From a virus (taxonomy: Duplodnaviria; Caudoviricetes): 64,000 bases of DNA. Positions 10,247 to 18,717 of this stretch are shown piece by piece; the stretch's first letter is position 1; every line of letters begins with the position of its first letter. Below the pieces are notes generated by a model, which saw only the letters and a program-made list of their open reading frames with translations, had not been told where the DNA came from and did not search any database. Position numbers and translations under genes: made by a program. Location of the stretch: positions 3,605-67,604 of IMG/VR virus record IMGVR_UViG_3300045391_001060, one strand, 5' to 3'.

Positions 10247-10653
10247 TGCCGTCCTTCTCGCCTCTGAGTCTCTCTCGTCTCCGGACGGCGGACCAGAGAC
10301 TACAGAATGTGTTTGTAGAGGCTATAAAACAAAAGGACATCACGATCTTGGTCGGTGCTCGGAATCAGGAGGAGCAGCACGAAGCGTTCATCACTGGGAA
10401 GTCGCAGCTCGATTGGCCGAACTCCAAGCATAACGCTTCGCCTTCTCTTGCGGTAGACTTCGCACCGTATTTCCCGCAGGTGAAGATCGACTGGAAAGAT
10501 ATACCGGCCTTCGCTCTACTCGCCGGATACCTCATCCGGATAGGGGAAGAGCAAGGGGTCAAGTTACGGTGGGGTGGGGACTGGTCCTTAGACGGTCGCA
10601 CGAGAGATGAGAACTTCAAAGATCTGGATCACATCGAAATAGTGGAGGGCTAG
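10246..10653 (+). CDS. Endolysin, peptidase M15 type (L-Ala-D-Glu peptidase-like)
   Basis: SKHN...SLAVD...WGGDW...DLDHIE zinc-peptidase motifs. Confidence 0.85.
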   Translation: MPSFSPLSLSRLRTADQRLQNVFVEAIKQKDITILVGARNQEEQHEAFITGKSQLDWPNSKHNASPSLAVDFAPYFPQVKIDWKDIPAFALLAGYLIRIGEEQGVKLRWGGDWSLDGRTRDENFKDLDHIEIVEG

Positions 10654-10654
10654 C

Positions 10655-10972
10655 ATGAAAATCTTTCAAGAACTTCGGATGCTCCTCAAGGCGCGAGCTT
10701 GGCTCAGGAGCACACAGCTACAGGCGGGAGGTGCGGTCGTAATCCTCGGCGCGGTTCAGACATGGCTCTCGACTAAGGATGGTATCGACTTTGTTATGCT
10801 CATCGCGACATTCGTGCACCTGATGCCCGCGACCCTCGGAGGTCTCCTGATGGCCCTGGTCGGCGTCGTGCTCTGGATTCTTCGAGCCAAGAACGAGTGG
10901 AGTTTGAGCGACAAGGTTAATGGCGTCGATAAGATGCCTTCCTCTGGCCCGGCGACGCCTCCAACTCCATGA
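10655..10972 (+). CDS. Holin-like multi-TM protein
   Basis: 2-3 hydrophobic helices, directly after the endolysin. Confidence 0.55.
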   Translation: MKIFQELRMLLKARAWLRSTQLQAGGAVVILGAVQTWLSTKDGIDFVMLIATFVHLMPATLGGLLMALVGVVLWILRAKNEWSLSDKVNGVDKMPSSGPATPPTP

Positions 10973-11229
10973 ACTGGACCGTCCCCTGGGCCATGTTCAT
11001 CTGGGCGTTCCTGATCGCCGCTATGCTCCTGTTCGAGTTCTACACGCTCAAGTGGAACAAGTCACATCCGGGGAAACGGGCGAATCTGAGTGCCTACGTC
11101 AGCGCATTCTTCCAAGCGGGGAACCGTCGGCTACGCTTCAAAGGCGGCCCGGCGATTCTGATTGCTACATTCGTGTTCTTCACCGGCCATTTCCTCGGCT
11201 GGTGGGACGATCTGAGGAATCTACTTTAA
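10969..11229 (+). CDS. Small membrane protein in the lysis cassette
   Basis: Two hydrophobic segments, ATGA overlap. Confidence 0.5.
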   Translation: MNWTVPWAMFIWAFLIAAMLLFEFYTLKWNKSHPGKRANLSAYVSAFFQAGNRRLRFKGGPAILIATFVFFTGHFLGWWDDLRNLL

Positions 11230-11241
11230 CAAGGAGAAACT

Positions 11242-11622
11242 ATGGACAAGCTCGAAACAGCGTTACATCAAGTCGGGACCATGCTCGATAGCCCAGCTCT
11301 GGGCGGAGGCAGCAATCTCGGGATCGCGCGCGGCTCGAAGATCCTTCACTGGCTCGCAGATGCGGTCGGTGCGGATGAGGAGGCGGTCGATCAGCTGGTG
11401 GAGGACATCGCCGTGATCGCGGCTAACCACGGCAATCCCCCGAAGGGTCTCTGGGAGGCGATGGTTCAGCGAGCCGCCGAAGTCGTGAAGGTCGTCAAGG
11501 ACGGCGAGAAGGTGGTCGAGAGCGTCAAGGTCAATCGGAAGAAGGGCAAGCAGGCTCCGGCTCCGGCGGCCGATCCGAAGAAGGACACTTCGGGCGAGCA
11601 GAAGCTCGATCCGCAGCCGTAA
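11242..11622 (+). CDS. Hypothetical protein
   Basis: 126 aa, RBS AAGGAG. Confidence 0.5.
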   Translation: MDKLETALHQVGTMLDSPALGGGSNLGIARGSKILHWLADAVGADEEAVDQLVEDIAVIAANHGNPPKGLWEAMVQRAAEVVKVVKDGEKVVESVKVNRKKGKQAPAPAADPKKDTSGEQKLDPQP

Positions 11623-11637
11623 CCACGGGAGACCGAC

Positions 11638-12288
11638 ATGTCGGTGTCAATGACGTATGCCTCGCTCCTCACGGACCTCCGCTCGTACATCGAGCGGGGT
11701 GGGTCTCTCGACACGCAGGTCTTCGACCAGCTGCCGACGCTCATCAACAACACGGAGCGAGATCTGGCCACGAAGTTCCGAATCCTCGGGACAAAGAACG
11801 TCGTGACCGATACGATGTCGGCCGGTGTCTCGGTTTACCAGAAGCCCAATAGGTGGCGGTCCACGACCTCGATCAACTTCGGGGTCGGGACCCCACCCAA
11901 TCAGGAACGGACTCCGATGTTTCCGCGCCAGTACGAGTACCTGCGGGCTCTCTGGCCGAACACCGAGTTGACCGATGTTCCGGGGTTCTACGCGGACTAC
12001 GACCAGAATCATTGGTTGTTCGCTCCGACGCCGGATCAGGACTACCCTTTCGAGGTTATCTACTGGCAGCTCCTGCCTCTCCTCGACGACACGAACCAGA
12101 CGAACTTCTGGACCGACTACGCCCCACAGGCGTTGCTCTACGGTACGCTGCTCTATTGCACACCGTACCTGAAGAACGACGAGCGGATTCCAACCTGGCA
12201 GGCTTTCTACCAGGACCAGCTCCAGTCCCTCAGTGGCCAAGACCTACTCCGGATCGCCGACAACCTTCCGGTTCGTAAGGAGACCTAG
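11638..12288 (+). CDS. Tail adaptor / tubular protein A-like
   Basis: MTYASLLTDLRSYIER...P.FYADY...PTPD...QALLYG pattern. Confidence 0.6.
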   Translation: MSVSMTYASLLTDLRSYIERGGSLDTQVFDQLPTLINNTERDLATKFRILGTKNVVTDTMSAGVSVYQKPNRWRSTTSINFGVGTPPNQERTPMFPRQYEYLRALWPNTELTDVPGFYADYDQNHWLFAPTPDQDYPFEVIYWQLLPLLDDTNQTNFWTDYAPQALLYGTLLYCTPYLKNDERIPTWQAFYQDQLQSLSGQDLLRIADNLPVRKET

Positions 12289-12290
12289 GA

Positions 12291-13850
12291 ATGTCCTACA
12301 CAGACGTTTTCGGCGGCCAGACCATTTTCCCGGCCCAGCTGACCCTCCTCAAGCTGACGCTGACGGCGAATCTTACGCTGGCGTGGCCGGTGGAGCAAGC
12401 GCTGCCCGGTGATTCGGTTTTCGCCGACATCATCCAAGTCACACCCAATGCGGGCCTAGCACTCACGATGCCAGACGCTCGACAGGCGACGCAGGGTCAA
12501 TCTACCCTGATTAATAATGTCGGCGCGAATACCCTCTCGATCAAGGACAATGCCGGTAACGTCATCGGCTCGGTTGCGTCTGGAGAGGTCTGGCAGTTCT
12601 ATCTCGACAGCAATACTACCCAGGCGGGGGTCTGGAGGACCTTCCAATTCGGCACAGGCGCTTCGTCCGCCGTCGCGGCCGCGCTAGCCGGGGCGGGCCT
12701 TAAAGCGATCACAACGACACTTAACGTCAAGGTCGCGCCGACGGTCACGAACGTCACGCCAATCAACGTGGTCGATGCGGATCGAGCCAAGGCGTTCGTC
12801 TGGAACGGCGGCGTGGGAGCCCTCAACCTGCCAGATCCGGCGACGGTGGGGGCCGACTGGTTCGTTTACATTCGGAACGCCGGCACGGGAAACCTCACGG
12901 TTACTCCGGCGGCGGGGCTGATCGACGGCGCGGCCTCCAAAACCTTCCAGGCCACCGAGTCGGCTCTGGTTATAACCGACGGTACGGACTATTACCTGAT
13001 CGGGTTTTCGGCCACTACGTCTGGTGTCTTCGATCATGTTTCAATCAACGTCGGCGGCGCGGCGGGAGACTACACCCTTTCAGGCGGTGAGCTTAACCGA
13101 ATCACTTACGAGTTTACGGGCGTTCTGACCGGGAATCGGAACGTCGTCGTTCCCACGTCGGCGCAGCAATACTGGGTCGCAAACAACACGACCGGCGCCT
13201 TCACGCTCACAGTAAAGACGAACGCGGGCACGGGCGTAGCTATCCCCCAAGGTTACGCAGCCATCGTCTACTGCGACGGAATCAACGTCGTCGCGGCGAA
13301 CGGGGACCCCCTGACGGCAATTGCTCCGATTGCGCTGGGAGGTACCGGAGCCGCTACAGCGGCGGCCGCTCGGACCAATCTCGGCGTCGCGATCAGTGCC
13401 GCGACCGTCTGCAAGAGTGCGGATCAATCGGTCGCGGACAACGTCGAGACGACCATGGCTTGGGCCTCGGAGACGACGGACCAAGGCGGCTGGCACGATA
13501 ACGCGGTCAACAACTCGAGACTTACTGTTCCGTCCGGAATCACTTTCGCGCGGTTCTGGGGTCAACTCGATGTCCTGTTCGACAACGCGGGCAACCCGTA
13601 CACCGGAGTCCTGCTGAAGATCAAGAAGAACGGCGCGACCACCATTCGCCAGATGGATTTCACGATCTCGTTGACCTCGACTGGCGGCGTCGAGTTCTGC
13701 TACTCGATAGATACCGGATGGCTCTCCGTCACGGCCGGTGACTACTTCGAGATGACGTTCATCGCGGACGGCTCGGCCGGTATCGGCAGCACGGTTCGCG
13801 CCGGTGCCGGTATCCAATCCTACTTCGCGTGCGAGGGCAGGGCGAGCTAA
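12291..13850 (+). CDS. Tail protein with C-terminal C1q-like/receptor-binding domain
   Basis: 519 aa, T/A/G-rich; C-terminal NNSRLTVPSG...QL. Confidence 0.55.
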   Translation: MSYTDVFGGQTIFPAQLTLLKLTLTANLTLAWPVEQALPGDSVFADIIQVTPNAGLALTMPDARQATQGQSTLINNVGANTLSIKDNAGNVIGSVASGEVWQFYLDSNTTQAGVWRTFQFGTGASSAVAAALAGAGLKAITTTLNVKVAPTVTNVTPINVVDADRAKAFVWNGGVGALNLPDPATVGADWFVYIRNAGTGNLTVTPAAGLIDGAASKTFQATESALVITDGTDYYLIGFSATTSGVFDHVSINVGGAAGDYTLSGGELNRITYEFTGVLTGNRNVVVPTSAQQYWVANNTTGAFTLTVKTNAGTGVAIPQGYAAIVYCDGINVVAANGDPLTAIAPIALGGTGAATAAAARTNLGVAISAATVCKSADQSVADNVETTMAWASETTDQGGWHDNAVNNSRLTVPSGITFARFWGQLDVLFDNAGNPYTGVLLKIKKNGATTIRQMDFTISLTSTGGVEFCYSIDTGWLSVTAGDYFEMTFIADGSAGIGSTVRAGAGIQSYFACEGRAS

Positions 13851-15355
13851 TGCTACAGCCAATCAAGATTCTCTCGAAGCCGGGTTGCCAGAGGGATGGC
13901 ACTCGGTTCGAGCGTGACTACTACAACGACGTTCAGTGGTGTCGTTTCCAGCGCGGTAAGCCTAGGAAGATCGGCGGGACGCTCGCGACGGTCGTCAACC
14001 TGCCAGAGAAGGTCTACGGGATCAACTCATTCTCGGCGAACGCTTCCCAGTATGTTCACGTCGGTAGCGAGAGTCAGTTCCAGCAGAGAGTCTTCAACGC
14101 GGCGGGCTCGCTTACGGCCACAAACGACCGGACTCCAGCCGGTCTAGTCGCCGACCCGAACAACATCTGGCAGACTGAGGTGATTTTCAACGTCGGTCTG
14201 GGAACGGTGATCGTCGCTCATGCTGCGCCGAATATGGATATCTCGTCTCAGACCGACACCGACATTTTCTACGGCGTAGTTACGGCTGCAGGTCTTCTCG
14301 TTGTCTCGGGGCAGGACCCGGTTAGCGGCGGCATCCTACAGGTTGGTAACTATCTCGTGAGCTTCGGGACGGACGGCCTGGTTCAGTGGAGTGATCCGAA
14401 CGACGTCACCACAGCGACTCTGGCCTCCGCGAACCCGACGGGCCAGAAGATCATCTGCGGGAAGCGCATTCGGGGTGCAGGAGTTCCGGCCGCGCTCCTC
14501 TGGTCACTCGACTCGTTACTCCAAATGACCTTTAACGATCCCGCGACGAATCTCTGGAACTTCGATACGCTCACCGACGACACCTCCATCCTGTCAAGTC
14601 GGGGCGTGATCGAATATGACGGCGTGTTCTACTGGCCGGGCGTGGACCGCTTTCTGATGTACAATGGCGTCGTTCGTGAGATACCGAACGACATGAACAT
14701 TAACTACTTCTTCGATGGCCTGAACTTCGCGCAGAGGCAGAAGGTCTTCGCGTTCAAGGTGCCGCGCTTCGGAGAGATCTGGTGGTGCTACCCGCGCGGC
14801 TCAGCGACGGAGTGCACGCACGCGATCATCTATAACGTCCGGAGCGGTTTCTGGTACGATACGCAGCTGCCGGACCAAGGGAGAACAGACGGGCTTTACC
14901 CGAAGGTTTTCAATAAGCCTCTACTCACTGGAGCGGAGCAGACAGTGGACGGGTACGACCTCTGGCAACATGAGACCGGGACGAATAGGGTACGGAATGG
15001 GGATACTCAGCCCATCCCCTCCCACTTCGAGACCCATGAGTTCTCTTTGATCGGCGCGGACCAGGGGGCGCAGAACAAGGCGCTGCGGATCGAGCGAACG
15101 GAGCCAGACTTCGTGCAGACGGGAGATCTAACGGTAACGGTCAGGGGCCGCGCCAACGCGAGGGCTACGGTGCTTGATGGCACCTCGGTAACGTTCCCTG
15201 ACACGGCGACCGACGCACAGGACCAGACGGTTCCGCTGAAGGACACTTACCGCCTGCTGAGCCTGAAGTTCGAGTCGAACGAAGTGGACGGAGACTATCA
15301 GCTCGGCGAGACGCTAGGCCATATCGAGCCGTCGGACGGGAGAATCACGCAGTGA
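13850..15355 (+). CDS. Tail nozzle / stabilisation protein (P22 gp10 or T7 tubular B-like)
   Basis: Start at ATG 13850 overlapping the upstream TAA; beta-propeller-like, YDGVFYWPG, FGEIWWCYP; sits just before the ejection genes. Confidence 0.65.
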   Translation: MLQPIKILSKPGCQRDGTRFERDYYNDVQWCRFQRGKPRKIGGTLATVVNLPEKVYGINSFSANASQYVHVGSESQFQQRVFNAAGSLTATNDRTPAGLVADPNNIWQTEVIFNVGLGTVIVAHAAPNMDISSQTDTDIFYGVVTAAGLLVVSGQDPVSGGILQVGNYLVSFGTDGLVQWSDPNDVTTATLASANPTGQKIICGKRIRGAGVPAALLWSLDSLLQMTFNDPATNLWNFDTLTDDTSILSSRGVIEYDGVFYWPGVDRFLMYNGVVREIPNDMNINYFFDGLNFAQRQKVFAFKVPRFGEIWWCYPRGSATECTHAIIYNVRSGFWYDTQLPDQGRTDGLYPKVFNKPLLTGAEQTVDGYDLWQHETGTNRVRNGDTQPIPSHFETHEFSLIGADQGAQNKALRIERTEPDFVQTGDLTVTVRGRANARATVLDGTSVTFPDTATDAQDQTVPLKDTYRLLSLKFESNEVDGDYQLGETLGHIEPSDGRITQ

Positions 15356-15582
15356 TCGTCTTCACGAACAACATCAGCGCCCGCGAGTGGTTCGACCAAA
15401 CCGCGGGCTTATTTGCACACGTGATTCCTCCGATGAAACTCGAAGCGGAGGAGAAGTGGAAGGACTGGGCGGTTCATGCTCGTCTCTTTCAGCCGCAGGT
15501 TCCCGATCCGTTCCAGTATGAAGACTGGAAGAGTTGGGCCGATCGTTTTAACCAAGTGATGTATCTGGTGAAACAAAGATGA
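15352..15582 (+). CDS. Small Trp-rich hypothetical protein
   Basis: 76 aa, translationally coupled on both sides. Confidence 0.55.
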   Translation: MIVFTNNISAREWFDQTAGLFAHVIPPMKLEAEEKWKDWAVHARLFQPQVPDPFQYEDWKSWADRFNQVMYLVKQR

Positions 15583-17645
15583 CCGACTATCAAGGCGCTT
15601 TGGATCAGGTTCGGCAGGACCCTTGGGCGGCCTACGCGGGCTGGGGGCCGGCGAATCAATCGCAGGCTTCCAGGGACCTGATCGCCGCACAGAACGCAGG
15701 TAAGACGGGACCGTACCCCGGCTATACTTACGATCCTGCGTCGAGGCAGTGGATGCACGATACGACCGGACAGCCAATGGTTGATGGCTCGGGGAAACCG
15801 TACAAACCCGGCCAGCTCAACGAGAACGGCCAGGATGTGACCTACGTCCAGGACGCCCAGCACGAGATGAACGCTTTCAAGCGTAAGGGGCTCACGGGTC
15901 TCGGCCTGGCGCTCGCTGGAGGCGTCACCGGCGGCCTACTCTCAGCGGCAGGAGCGGCCGGTAGTGCCGGGAACATCGCGTCGGACTCCGAGAGTTTCCT
16001 GGGCGCTCCAGCGACGGCTGTAGCGGGCGAATCGACCTTCCTGCCAGAGGCAAGCGGCGCGCTCTCAACTCTCGGCGGGGGAGCAGATGCACTAGCCGCT
16101 GAGGCAGGAGTCGCAGCCGGAACCCCGCTCACCTCCGCATTACCGATTGCCGGTGACGTTGCAGAGTTCGGCGTCGGTCCTGGAGTAGCCAATACCGGAT
16201 GGCTCGGCGGCTTGAAGGGAGCGATCATGAATCCGGACGGCTCGGTCAACTGGGGCAAGGCACTCTCGACGTTCGGAGACGCCGCTAACCCTCAGCAAGG
16301 GCAGCAGTCGGATGCCGGAACACTCTCGAACCTCGCGGGTATCTTCACGAACAGCGCGGGGACCCCGGCCTGGGGCAAGATCGCGGGCGCTAGCCTAGGC
16401 GCGCTCGCCGGGCTCTATGCCAACTCGAAGGCGAACAAGCAAGCTTCGATGCCGCCCCTACCGGCGTCGATGACACAGCCGCTGATACCTCTCGATTTCC
16501 AGCGGACGGTGAATAGGCCGACTCAGGACCTTCGCCATTACGGCGAGAGCCCGGCCGGTGAGTTCAAGTTCTTCGATGACAAGCTAGTCCCCGGACACGC
16601 CGGGGGAGGAGACGTTCGTGGGCCTGGTAGTGGGCGGGACGATAAGATTGACGCTCTACTCAGCGACGGCGAGTACGTCATGGACGCAGAGACTGTCGCC
16701 ATGCTCGGCGACGGTTCTCTGGACGAGGGTGCGCGACGGCTGGACCAAATGCGAGCGAACCTTCGCAAGCATAAGGGCGCAGCCCTGGCGAAAGGAAAGT
16801 TCAGTCCGGATGCAAAGGCCCCCGAGGCATATCTGCCCAGTGGTGCGCGCAAGGCCGAGGGAGGCGAGGTCAGCGAGAATCCACAGCTCGGCGTGACGGA
16901 TCTGCCGCCGCCTAACTCGAACCGTCCCGCGCCGCTCCCGAATGCTGAGGGAACTTACGCCGACGACGTTGGCTCAGTGCTACGATCTCGCTTGGCACTC
17001 GAGAAGCTCAAACAGGTGATCGGCTCACAGATCACCGAACGCGAGGCTCAGGCTTTTGCTAAGCGAGCCAGGGGCGGCCGCATTCGGCCGATACTGCGCC
17101 CCGCGCGTCCGCCGGTAGCGTCGCTGCCGTTGCCGCCGAGCAACCTCGAACGGCTGTCGACAGTTCTCGATAAGTCACAGCCTCTGGATCTCTCAAAACT
17201 ATCACCCGAGGACTTGGAAAAGTATCGGGCCTGGCTCAACGGAATCCTGAATACCCCGCCGACACAGAAGGCGAAGGGTGGAGACGTGGATCTGAGAGTG
17301 ATTCGCGGGGGTATCCCGAAACCTACTCTGGAAGAGCGAGCGATGAAGCTCGACCAGATCAAGCGCATGATCGAGGCGTACTCGCAGGCGCAAGATGCGG
17401 CCGCGCAGGAGAGAAAGCGGCTAGGGATTACGGAGGGGACCGATCCGTACAACCAGCAGCCCAAGCCGAAGCTCGAGCTGGTCAAGGCGCGGGGTGGTCT
17501 AGTCGAAGCCCAGGCGCGGGTAGCCGCGATCCAGGGCAAGATCAAGAAGGCAGAGGGCGGGCCGGTAAAGGAACTGACAGAGTTCGCCGACAAGCTCGAA
17601 AATGCGTTGGAACGTGGAGACACCGATCTAGCGGTGGGAGAATAG
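15579..17645 (+). CDS. Internal virion (ejection) protein
   Basis: G/A-rich hydrophobic segments; GGDVRGPGSGRDDKIDALLSDGEYV module; six GG motifs. Confidence 0.6.
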   Translation: MTDYQGALDQVRQDPWAAYAGWGPANQSQASRDLIAAQNAGKTGPYPGYTYDPASRQWMHDTTGQPMVDGSGKPYKPGQLNENGQDVTYVQDAQHEMNAFKRKGLTGLGLALAGGVTGGLLSAAGAAGSAGNIASDSESFLGAPATAVAGESTFLPEASGALSTLGGGADALAAEAGVAAGTPLTSALPIAGDVAEFGVGPGVANTGWLGGLKGAIMNPDGSVNWGKALSTFGDAANPQQGQQSDAGTLSNLAGIFTNSAGTPAWGKIAGASLGALAGLYANSKANKQASMPPLPASMTQPLIPLDFQRTVNRPTQDLRHYGESPAGEFKFFDDKLVPGHAGGGDVRGPGSGRDDKIDALLSDGEYVMDAETVAMLGDGSLDEGARRLDQMRANLRKHKGAALAKGKFSPDAKAPEAYLPSGARKAEGGEVSENPQLGVTDLPPPNSNRPAPLPNAEGTYADDVGSVLRSRLALEKLKQVIGSQITEREAQAFAKRARGGRIRPILRPARPPVASLPLPPSNLERLSTVLDKSQPLDLSKLSPEDLEKYRAWLNGILNTPPTQKAKGGDVDLRVIRGGIPKPTLEERAMKLDQIKRMIEAYSQAQDAAAQERKRLGITEGTDPYNQQPKPKLELVKARGGLVEAQARVAAIQGKIKKAEGGPVKELTEFADKLENALERGDTDLAVGE

Positions 17646-17646
17646 C

Positions 17647-18717
17647 ATGAGCCTACTCAGTTTCCTTTTTGGTGGTAAGCCGGCACCGGCCGCCAACTCC
17701 TATACGTCGGGGGCAAACACCCTTCCGACGTGGCTGTCCGATTACAGCCGAGGAGTTCTCTCGCAGGCGAATGCGGTCGGCCAGACACCGTACCAACCCT
17801 ATCCCGGTCAGCGGATCGCCGGTCTCAACGAAGACCAGACCGCGGGCATGGATCTGGTACGCGGGACGGTCAATCAAGGGCCGAACGTAATCCAAGGAGC
17901 AATCAACGCTCCAGGCGCTCTCCAGACGGCCGCACCGTACATGGCGACGGCGGGACAGCAGTGGCCCGACCAAGTGTCGAGGTACATGAACCCCTACATG
18001 GAGAACGTCACAAGTCGAGCTGCACAGCTCACGGATCGGGCGCTCAACGAGAAGCTGCTGCCTAGCCTAGCTCGGACGTTCGGCGGCGCGGGTGGCCAGG
18101 ACGTGCGGTCGTCGGCATATCTACGTGAGGCCGATCGGGGTACGCGGGATCTGGCTGAGGGCCTTCAGGCGCAGAATCTCGCGGCTCTCGCCCAGGGCTA
18201 CACCGACTCCGCGAACATCTTTAACCAAGATGCGTCGAGAGCTGGAAACCTCTCGGCCGTCGCCGGGCAGCTGGCGAATACGGATAAGACCACGCAGGGG
18301 AATCTCGGCACGGCTCTTCAGTCGGCGCAGCTCCGAGGCGCGGGCGCGCTCGGTACCGTCGGCGATACGATCCAGAAGCAGGAACAGTCGAACCTGGATA
18401 CGGCTTACCAGGACTTTCTCGCTCAGCGGGATTACCCGAAGACGCAGCTCAGCTGGATGGCGGGTCTACCGAACCAGCTACCGTCCGATCAGGCGGTCAC
18501 GCGGGCGACGAGTGCGCCGGGAACGAGCTTCCAGCCGTCGGGTCTCGCGCAGCTCGGATCTCTGGCCACGGGCGTCGGCGGGCTACTCTCGCTCTTCAAG
18601 GGTCAGAACATGAACACAGGCGACGGAAGCATCGACCCCCGTGCTTATATGAAGAAAGGTGGTCGGACTCGTCGGTATGCACGCGGTGGTAACCTGAGGT
18701 ATGCTTATGCGGCGTAG
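17647..18717 (+). CDS. Internal virion (DNA transfer) protein
   Basis: Q/A-rich, YQPYPGQRIAG...YMNPY pattern typical of podovirus ejection proteins. Confidence 0.65.
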   Translation: MSLLSFLFGGKPAPAANSYTSGANTLPTWLSDYSRGVLSQANAVGQTPYQPYPGQRIAGLNEDQTAGMDLVRGTVNQGPNVIQGAINAPGALQTAAPYMATAGQQWPDQVSRYMNPYMENVTSRAAQLTDRALNEKLLPSLARTFGGAGGQDVRSSAYLREADRGTRDLAEGLQAQNLAALAQGYTDSANIFNQDASRAGNLSAVAGQLANTDKTTQGNLGTALQSAQLRGAGALGTVGDTIQKQEQSNLDTAYQDFLAQRDYPKTQLSWMAGLPNQLPSDQAVTRATSAPGTSFQPSGLAQLGSLATGVGGLLSLFKGQNMNTGDGSIDPRAYMKKGGRTRRYARGGNLRYAYAA

